Of a stretch of DNA of 64,000 bases, positions 57,550 through 64,000 are shown in pieces. A program made the position numbers and the translations under genes. The stretch's first letter is position 1. Every line of letters starts with the position of its first letter. The notes beneath the pieces were generated by a model. The model saw only the letters and a list, made by a program, of their open reading frames with translations. It was not told where the DNA came from and searched no databases. The stretch covers positions 864,001-928,000 of the forward strand of contig OZ241869.1 of the NCBI GenBank assembly GCA_965202805.1, in the 5' to 3' direction. Source of the DNA: Longimicrobiales bacterium (lineage in GTDB: Bacteria; Gemmatimonadota; Gemmatimonadetes; Longimicrobiales; Gaopeijiaceae).

Positions 57550-57921
57550 TCAGGAACCGCCGGTCTGGCCGGGAGGGGAAAGGATGTCCATCAACTCTGC
57601 CAGATCATTCTTGAGCTGGCTGCGGAGTTCGGGCGCGAGCGCCGACTTGCGGGCCTCCTGGAGGCCTCCCGTCCTGCGCATTCGAGCCAGTTCCTGGCGG
57701 GCACCCTCCACGGTGTACTTGTCTTCGTAGAGCAGGCGCTTGAGCAGAAGCACCAATTCGACTTCCCGGGGACGATAGACGCGGTTGCCGGCCTGGTTCT
57801 TTACGGGGCGAAGCAGCTCGAATCGCGTTTCCCAGTAGCGCAGCACATGCGCCTGGATTCCGGTGAGGTCACACACTTCGCCGATGGAATAGTACGCACG
57901 CGGCGCGATCGGTTCGCTCAA
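57550..57921 (-). CDS. MerR-family HTH regulator (MlrA-like)
   Basis: YYSIGEVC...HVLRYWETRF..L.P.K...GNRVY; TTG start after GGAGGAG. Confidence 0.9.
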   Translation of the reverse strand: MSEPIAPRAYYSIGEVCDLTGIQAHVLRYWETRFELLRPVKNQAGNRVYRPREVELVLLLKRLLYEDKYTVEGARQELARMRRTGGLQEARKSALAPELRSQLKNDLAELMDILSPPGQTGGS

Positions 57922-57955
57922 TGGCTCCTCCCGGGCCCCTCGACCGGAAGCGCGA

Positions 57956-58975
57956 TCACGACCAGTGTTCCGGCTTGGGATCCCGCATCATGAGGTGGTT
58001 CGCCGCCTCGGCGGGGTCCGTTCTCCCCATCAGGATATCGTAAACCTGGCTGCAGATCGGCATCTCCACCCGATACCTGGCGGCCAGCTCGTGCACGGCC
58101 TCCGCCGTCTTCACACCCTCCGCCACCGCCGTCATGCCGCCGAGGATGTCGTCCAGGGTACGCCCCCGGCCGAGCTCGAAGCCCACGGTGCGGTTGCGGC
58201 TCACGTGGCCGGTGCAGGTAAGGACCAGGTCGCCCATCCCCGCCAACCCGGAAAAAGTGGGTGGACGCGCGCCCATGGCAACCCCGAGCCGCGTGATTTC
58301 GGCCAGTCCGCGGGTGATCAGGGCACAGAGCGTGTTGTGCCCGAAACCGTGGCCCGCCACCACCCCGGCGGCGAGCGCGATCACGTTCTTGAGCGCGCCG
58401 CCCAGCTCGACCCCGATCACGTCGTCGTTGGTGTACACGCGAAAGCTGGGGCCCTGAAGGGCGGCCTGGACCAGCAGGCGGGCCTCCTCCGACCGGCTCG
58501 CCGCCACCACCGCGGTGGGCTGGCCGCGCACGACCTCCGCCGCGAAGCTGGGACCCGAGAGCACGGTCAGGCGCTCGCTCTGTCGCGGCGTGAGCAGCTC
58601 GGCCATCACCTCGTCCATGCGCCGCAGCGTCGCGATCTCGATCCCCTTGGAGGCCGACACCACCACGGCATCGGGCTCCAGGAAGGGCGCGGCGCGTCCC
58701 ACGACGGCCCCGGCGTACTGCGCGGGGCTCACCGACATGACGATCTCCGCGCCGGCGACGGCTCGCTCCATCTCTCCGGTTGCGTCCAACCCGCGCGGGA
58801 GTTCGATGCCCGCCAGGAAGGTCTGATTCACGCCGCGTTCCCGGATCTGCCGCACGACCTCCGGCTCGCGCGCCCACAGGCAGACCTCGTGCCCCCGGCC
58901 GGCAGCGAGCGCGGCCAGGGCCGTCCCCCAGCTGCCGGCGCCCAGCACGCCGATCCTGTGGACGGGGTCAGTCAC
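57956..58975 (-). CDS. gpsA: NAD(P)H-dependent glycerol-3-phosphate dehydrogenase
   Basis: GAGSWGTA, SKGIE, SGPSFA, LKNVIA and GDL.LTC...SRN motifs. Confidence 0.96.
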   Translation of the reverse strand: MTDPVHRIGVLGAGSWGTALAALAAGRGHEVCLWAREPEVVRQIRERGVNQTFLAGIELPRGLDATGEMERAVAGAEIVMSVSPAQYAGAVVGRAAPFLEPDAVVVSASKGIEIATLRRMDEVMAELLTPRQSERLTVLSGPSFAAEVVRGQPTAVVAASRSEEARLLVQAALQGPSFRVYTNDDVIGVELGGALKNVIALAAGVVAGHGFGHNTLCALITRGLAEITRLGVAMGARPPTFSGLAGMGDLVLTCTGHVSRNRTVGFELGRGRTLDDILGGMTAVAEGVKTAEAVHELAARYRVEMPICSQVYDILMGRTDPAEAANHLMMRDPKPEHWS

Positions 58976-59603
58976 GTTCGCCCCGGCGGGCGCGGCGATC
59001 GTCCCGGATGCGCCCTTCCTCGCCCCTCAGCAGTCGCCCGATGTTGGACCGGTGCGCCCAGACGATGAAGGCGCCGGCGAGGACCGCAAACCCCGTAACC
59101 CATCGATCCCCGGCGCCACCCGCGGCATTCCCCACCAGCACCGTGGCCGGAAGCGCGACCGCCGCCGCGATCGATGCCAGCGAAACGATGCCCCGCGCCG
59201 CGAAGACCAGCACCCAGACCAGCGCGGCGGCCAGCACGGCGAGCGGCGACAGCGCGAGGAAGGCCCCGGCGGCGGTGGCCACGCCCTTCCCGCCCCGGAA
59301 ACGCATCCAGCAGGAGAAGGTGTGTCCGAGGATCGCGGCGGTCCCGTACGCCACCGCCCATCCATCCGCGGCGCCGCCGTCCAGCATCGGAAACACCCAG
59401 GCCGGCACCCATCCCTTGCCGATGTCCACCAGCGCGACCGGAACCGCCACGCGCAGCCCCAGCGCCCGATAGACGTTGGTCGCGCCCAGGTTGCCGCTGC
59501 CCTCGCGGCGCAGGTCCATTCCGCCGATCGCCTTGCCGACGACGTAGCTGGTGGGGAGTGATCCCGCGAAATAGGCGGCCAGCACCCAGATCCATGGGGT
59601 CAT
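58968..59603 (-). CDS. plsY: Glycerol-3-phosphate acyltransferase PlsY
   Basis: GSGNLGATN, GH...W..F.GGKGVAT and HRSNI motifs. Confidence 0.95.
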   Translation of the reverse strand: MTPWIWVLAAYFAGSLPTSYVVGKAIGGMDLRREGSGNLGATNVYRALGLRVAVPVALVDIGKGWVPAWVFPMLDGGAADGWAVAYGTAAILGHTFSCWMRFRGGKGVATAAGAFLALSPLAVLAAALVWVLVFAARGIVSLASIAAAVALPATVLVGNAAGGAGDRWVTGFAVLAGAFIVWAHRSNIGRLLRGEEGRIRDDRRARRGERD

Positions 59604-60937
59604 CGTCCGTCGGAGCCTCCATCCGCCTTGAAGCGCATCCGGAGCGGAGAGCCCGCCATCGGCCAGCGGCCCCGGAACCCGTTCTCAAGATAACGCGCGT
59701 AGGCCGGTTGAATCTCTCTCGGCAGATTGCTGAAGAGGACGAAGGCCGGCGGGGCGACGCCCACCTGGGTGCCGTAGCGAACCTTGACGGCCCGCCCGCG
59801 AGAGTGCGCCGGTGGATGGCGCGCCACCAGCCGTCCCAGCTCCCGGTTCAAATCGGGGGTCGGGATGCGGCGCTCCCGTTCCGCCTGGACCCGGAGCACA
59901 AGATCCAGGGTCCGGCGCACCCGCTGGCCGGTGAGCGCGGAGGTGAAGACGAAGGGCACCCAGCGCAGGAACGGGATGCGCGCGCGCGCGTCTCTTTCGA
60001 TTCCGGGCGCCGTGGAGCCGTTCCTCTCGACCAGATCCCACTTGTTGACCACCAGGATGACCCCGCAGCCCGACTCCCACGCCGTCTCGGCGACCTTCAC
60101 ATCCTGCATGTGGATGCCCGAGGAGGCGTCCGTCAGCACCAGACAGACATCCGCCTCCCGAATCACCCGGGTCGCGCGCAGCCACGCGTAGTACTCGATG
60201 GAGTCGTGAATGCGTGCCTGGCGGCGCAGCCCGGCGGTGTCCACGAAGACCAGATTGCGGCCGTGGTAGCGCATCGTCGAATCCACGGGGTCGCGGGTGG
60301 TGCCGGCCACCTCGCTGACCACCATGCGTTCCTCGCCGAAGAGCCGGTTGACGAAGCTGGACTTGCCCACGTTGGGCTTGCCGATCACCGCCACCCGCAC
60401 CGTGTCCGGCTCGGCCGGGAGGGTTTCGGGGTCGGGGAACGCCTCCAGCACCACGTCCAGCAGGTCGCCGCTTCCCTTCCCCGAGATCGCGCTCACCGGG
60501 ACCGGCTCGCCCAGGCCGAGTCCCCAGAACTCGTGGTGGGATGTCTCGCGCGGCAGGTTGTCCACCTTGTTCGCCACCAGCAGAACCGGGCGCTCGCTGC
60601 GCCGCAGCACCGCGCCGAGCTTCTCGTCCAGCGGATGGATGCCGTCTCTGGCGTCCACCACGAAGAGGATCAGGTCTGCTTCCTTTACGGCCGCCAGCGC
60701 CTGGGTGCGCACCGCCCGGTCGAGCGGACGGTCGCTGTCCTCCACGACTCCCCCGGTGTCGACCAGGAAGAAGTCCCGGCCCGCCCAGTCGGCACGGGCG
60801 AAGTGCCGGTCCCGGGTCACGCCCGGGGTGTCGTCCACGATCGCCTTGCGCCGCCCCAGGACCCGATTGAACAGCGTGGACTTGCCCACGTTGGGACGGC
60901 CGACCACCGCGACCACCGGGAGCCGGGTGCCGGTCAT
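59600..60937 (-). CDS. der: Ribosome biogenesis GTPase Der (EngA)
   Basis: Two G domains (GRPNVGKS/DTGG/NKVD and GKPNVGKS/DTAG/NKWD) plus a KH-like tail. Confidence 0.97.
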   Translation of the reverse strand: MTGTRLPVVAVVGRPNVGKSTLFNRVLGRRKAIVDDTPGVTRDRHFARADWAGRDFFLVDTGGVVEDSDRPLDRAVRTQALAAVKEADLILFVVDARDGIHPLDEKLGAVLRRSERPVLLVANKVDNLPRETSHHEFWGLGLGEPVPVSAISGKGSGDLLDVVLEAFPDPETLPAEPDTVRVAVIGKPNVGKSSFVNRLFGEERMVVSEVAGTTRDPVDSTMRYHGRNLVFVDTAGLRRQARIHDSIEYYAWLRATRVIREADVCLVLTDASSGIHMQDVKVAETAWESGCGVILVVNKWDLVERNGSTAPGIERDARARIPFLRWVPFVFTSALTGQRVRRTLDLVLRVQAERERRIPTPDLNRELGRLVARHPPAHSRGRAVKVRYGTQVGVAPPAFVLFSNLPREIQPAYARYLENGFRGRWPMAGSPLRMRFKADGGSDGR

Positions 60938-62205
60938 GTCTCCGCAAGCGCGCGGGTGATCTCGTGACCGGCGACGACCCTCGCCGGCGCCAGTTCGCGC
61001 TCCAGCCGCGCCAGGGGGTAGTCGTCGACGAACACTTCATCGGCGTTCAGAGCTTCCGCCGGAAGCAGGACGATGTCCTCCCGCCTCCCCTCCCCCAGCG
61101 CCGCGCGCATGTCCTGTCCCGCGAGCAGGCCCGCAACCGTAACCCCTTCTCCAAAGTAGCGGTTGGTCACGGCCAGCACCTCGACCTCCGCCCGCGTGGC
61201 GGCGGCGAGCTTCGCCGCGCGGGCTTCGATCCAGGGCGCCATCGAGCGGCCCGTCACCACCCGGATGCGGTCACCGGAGAGATCGGGGAGCGTGTCCATC
61301 CCCGCGTCCAGGTCGTCGAGGAAGCGGCGCACCGCGCCCACCCCGTTTTCCATGAGCGACAGGTCGTCGTAGTAGGAGACGCCCGGCACCTCCGTCCCCG
61401 CGATCAGGAACATCTCGTCGGCGGCGTAGGCCCAGCGGGTCTCCCGCTCCCCGGGCGCGCGCTCGCGCGCCTGGCCGACCTGTTCGATCGCGGAGGCGGC
61501 TTCGGCCGCGGTGAGACGCCGCACCGGCCGGTTCTCGTTGTACCTGGTGAGCCCCACCGGAACCACCGAGAGAGATCGCACCCGCGGCCCCAGCGACCAG
61601 AGGTCGTCGATGGTCCGGTCGAGGTGCGCGCCGTCGTTCCATTCCGGGCACAGCACCACCTGGGTATGTACTTCCAGCCCCCCCTCGAGCAGGAACGCAA
61701 GCTGCTCCATGATGAGCCCCGCGCGCCGGTTGACCAGCAGGCGTTCGCGAACCGCCGGTTCGGTGGCGTGCACGCTTACGTACAGCGGCGAGATGCGCTG
61801 GTCCACAAGCCGCTGGAGGCCCCGCGGCCCCAGGTTGGTCAGCGTGACGTAGCTGCCGTAGGTGAAGGAGAGCCGGAAATCGTCATCCCGCAGCCACAGG
61901 CTGCGCCGCGCGTCCTTCGGGTTGCCGTCGATGAAGCAGAAGACGCACTTGTTGGCGCATTCGCGGATCTTGTCGGGCTCCGGGACCAGCCCGATCGGTG
62001 TGCCCGGATCCCGTTCGATCTCGTACACGAAGTGTTCGCCCGCGGGCGAGACGGCCTCGACGGCCAGTTCCGGATCTCCGAGGAGGAAGGCGAAGTCGAT
62101 GCCGTCGCGCACTCGCTGCCCGTTGATGCGCACGATGCGGGTGCCGATCTCGAGCCGGAGCTCGTCCGCGATGCTCCCGCTCTCCACCCCCGCGATCCGA
62201 ACCAT
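60934..62205 (-). CDS. PDZ + radical-SAM-like DUF512 protein
   Basis: N-terminal PDZ-like segment; CANKCVFC, DDDFRLSF..G.Y.TL.N, VVPVGLT and ENGVG motifs; conserved position upstream of der. Confidence 0.9.
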   Translation of the reverse strand: MVRIAGVESGSIADELRLEIGTRIVRINGQRVRDGIDFAFLLGDPELAVEAVSPAGEHFVYEIERDPGTPIGLVPEPDKIRECANKCVFCFIDGNPKDARRSLWLRDDDFRLSFTYGSYVTLTNLGPRGLQRLVDQRISPLYVSVHATEPAVRERLLVNRRAGLIMEQLAFLLEGGLEVHTQVVLCPEWNDGAHLDRTIDDLWSLGPRVRSLSVVPVGLTRYNENRPVRRLTAAEAASAIEQVGQARERAPGERETRWAYAADEMFLIAGTEVPGVSYYDDLSLMENGVGAVRRFLDDLDAGMDTLPDLSGDRIRVVTGRSMAPWIEARAAKLAAATRAEVEVLAVTNRYFGEGVTVAGLLAGQDMRAALGEGRREDIVLLPAEALNADEVFVDDYPLARLERELAPARVVAGHEITRALAET

Positions 62206-62235
62206 GGTGCTGTCCCCCGGCGCCTCCGCAGTCGC

Positions 62236-62319
62236 TCAGCGACCGCCCGGCGCCCCCTCCATCGCGGGGCCCTTCAGCTGCACCCCGATCACTTCAACCG
62301 GCTCCGGGTTGGTTCTCAT
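62236..62319 (-). CDS. Possible 27-aa small ORF (MRTNPEPVEVIGVQLKGPAMEGAPGGR)
   Basis: ATG..TGA between tRNA-Gly and the DUF512 gene; mostly G/C-ending codons; no clear RBS. Confidence 0.25.
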   Translation of the reverse strand: MRTNPEPVEVIGVQLKGPAMEGAPGGR

Positions 62320-62389
62320 GATGTCGTCTGACGGCGCGGGCAGGCACCCGCACCAGCGAGGCTGGGGCGACGAATTCGCCTGGAAAGGA

Positions 62390-62462
62390 AGCGGGCGACC
62401 GGGCTCGAACCGGCGACCCTCAGCTTGGGAAGCTGATGCTCTACCAACTGAGCTACGCCCGC
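62390..62462 (-). tRNA. tRNA-Gly (anticodon CCC)
   Basis: GCGGGCG-TAGCTCAGTTGGTAGAGC...TCAGC-TT-CCC-AA-GCTGA...GCCGGTTCGAGCCCGGT-CGCCCGC-T. Confidence 0.95.
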
Positions 62463-62529
62463 AAGCGGACCTGCGTGCGGGAAGCGGCCCGGGCGACGCG
62501 GTCCACGCCGCCCGGAGCTCCCGCGGGTC

Positions 62530-63948
62530 CTACGATATGACCTCGAATCTGTAGGCGACCACATCCTGGTCGGTTTCCAGCTCGACCTCGAACACCTCCC
62601 GCATATCCGCGGCCGGAACCGGCACCGAGACGTCCTGGGTTCCGATTTCGAGCCCGTCCACGCCGAAGAAGAAAACACGGATGTCGACCGAGCCGCCTTC
62701 ATCCAGCGAGTGGTTGACGAGTTCGCCCCTCACGATCCCGCCACCCCCGCCGAACGGCTGCAGGATGGTGCCGTCGATCTCGAACTCGAGGTTGCTCATG
62801 TCCTCTTCCAGCACCCGCGCCGCTTCCGCCGTGTCTCCCTGGGCCATCAGTCCCTGGGCCAGCAGCCGGTAGACGTTGTTGTTGTACGGGTCCATCTCCG
62901 CCAGCGATACCGCGGCCGGATAGAGCTCGTCCAGCTCTCCCGAGAGGTAGAGAGCCTGGGCGTAGTTGTACAGCGCGTCCCTGCTCTCGGGAATGAGTTC
63001 GTACGACCGGCCGAAGGCCTGCGCCGCCATCGAATAGTTCTCGGCGTTGTAGAGCCCGATGCCGGTCACATAGTAGTCGCGCGCATCCAGGTCGGTGCGC
63101 GCCAGAAGCGCCTGGTAGATCTCGGCTGCTTCGTCGTTGCGGTCCATGGCCATCAGGACCACGGCCAGGTTGCTCAGCGCGGTGACGTTGTCCGGGCTTC
63201 GCTCCAGGTAGGTGCGGTAGGCCACCTCGGCTTCCTCGTTGCGGCCGGCGTTCGCCAGAATCTGGGCCAGGTTGAAGGCCGCGATCTCCTCGTTCTCCGA
63301 CCATGTCGCCTGGACGTCTTCAGGCTGCGTGTCGAATTCGGGGCCTCGCAGCAGCTCGAGCGCGGTCCGGTACCACTCCACCGCATCGCCATCGTTCCCG
63401 AGCTGCGCATGAAGCGAGCCCAGATTGAGCATCGCCTCCGGGCGCCCCTTGTAAATCGTGTGCGCGGACTCCAGCTGGGGGATCGCCCCTTCCATGTCGC
63501 CCGACTGGATCTGGTTCACCGCCAGGTTGTACTGGTTCACCCACTGCTGCTCACGCAGAGGATTCAGGTCGAACGAGTAGAGCGGGTAGATGTCCTCGGC
63601 CCTGGTCCACATGGAGTCGGCCCCGACGAGGTCGTTCAGCCCCACGAAGGCCTCTCCGGCCTGGCGGTACGACTGGGCGTTGCCGGGGTCGTTGGTGATG
63701 CCGTCCAGGGCCGCCTGCAGCGCTTCCTGGTACCGCGACTGACGTTCCCCGGGGTCGGCGTTCTGCATGGCCTGCGACAACGCCAGTGCGGCGGTGCGCG
63801 TAAACATGTTGTCGCGCGGCGGGACTCCCTCTTCCATGCCCGGCGGCATGGGAGTGTCGCCTCCGCCCCCACCACCTGAACCGGCGGCGCAACCGCCCGC
63901 CACGATCACCAAACTCGCCGCCAGCACGACACCAGCCTGGAACCTCAT
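62530..63948 (-). CDS. TPR-repeat lipoprotein with C-terminal FxLYD-like domain
   Basis: Lipobox AGGC; multiple TPRs (AMLNLG, AAFNLA, ALSNLA, ALYNYA); beta-rich tail VRGELVN...FFGVDG.EIG; GAGGA RBS. Confidence 0.8.
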   Translation of the reverse strand: MRFQAGVVLAASLVIVAGGCAAGSGGGGGGDTPMPPGMEEGVPPRDNMFTRTAALALSQAMQNADPGERQSRYQEALQAALDGITNDPGNAQSYRQAGEAFVGLNDLVGADSMWTRAEDIYPLYSFDLNPLREQQWVNQYNLAVNQIQSGDMEGAIPQLESAHTIYKGRPEAMLNLGSLHAQLGNDGDAVEWYRTALELLRGPEFDTQPEDVQATWSENEEIAAFNLAQILANAGRNEEAEVAYRTYLERSPDNVTALSNLAVVLMAMDRNDEAAEIYQALLARTDLDARDYYVTGIGLYNAENYSMAAQAFGRSYELIPESRDALYNYAQALYLSGELDELYPAAVSLAEMDPYNNNVYRLLAQGLMAQGDTAEAARVLEEDMSNLEFEIDGTILQPFGGGGGIVRGELVNHSLDEGGSVDIRVFFFGVDGLEIGTQDVSVPVPAADMREVFEVELETDQDVVAYRFEVIS

Positions 63949-64000
63949 CCGGCTTCCTCCTCTCGATTGATGCGCGCCCGAGCCGACGCTTTGCGCGCGA

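Noticed and set aside
56084..62462. tRNA-Arg or tRNA-Gly as occupied integration sites
   Set aside because: I saw no duplicated tRNA 3' end and no adjacent integrase.
99..63879. Many long antisense or alternate-frame ORFs (e.g. 99-1466, 5809-8307, 13385-15286, 22700-24901, 28206-30635)
   Set aside because: They shadow well-supported genes, are Arg/Gly/Pro-rich without motifs, and are expected in high-GC DNA.

Overview
This is a high-GC bacterial chromosomal segment. Gene order and protein families suggest Gemmatimonadota (inference; no database search was run). Positions 1-41 kb are almost all + strand core genes: nuoM-nuoN, PMM/PGM, UPF0182, sucCD-ndk, yceD-rpmF-plsX-fabH-fabD-fabG-acpP-fabF-ispF-dedA-xerD, an S41 protease, nadE, kdsB-pyrG-kdsA-kdsC-kdsD-lptC-lptA-like-lptB-rpoN and wecB-GT4-GT2. 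Positions 56-64 kb are - strand core genes: TPR lipoprotein, tRNA-Gly, DUF512, der, plsY, gpsA, MerR-like, surE, YqaA, tRNA-Arg. The two blocks converge on a well-formed XerC/XerD dif site at 41117-41144, so the window probably spans the replication terminus. Mixed-orientation accessory genes lie between dif and tRNA-Arg. The main unexplained signals are: (i) a phased cluster of CAGRATYCTG-like palindromes abutting the XerD arm of dif; (ii) recurrent AGCT/CTAG/GCTNAGC-rich micro-spacers at gene 3' ends; (iii) a remodelled LPS transport locus with a 778-aa LptA-like protein rich in D-S/T motifs and an LptB with an extra N-terminal domain, upstream of sugar-transfer genes; (iv) a signal-peptide-bearing creatininase and an APC transporter-amidinohydrolase operon. 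I found no CRISPR array, rRNA or transposase.
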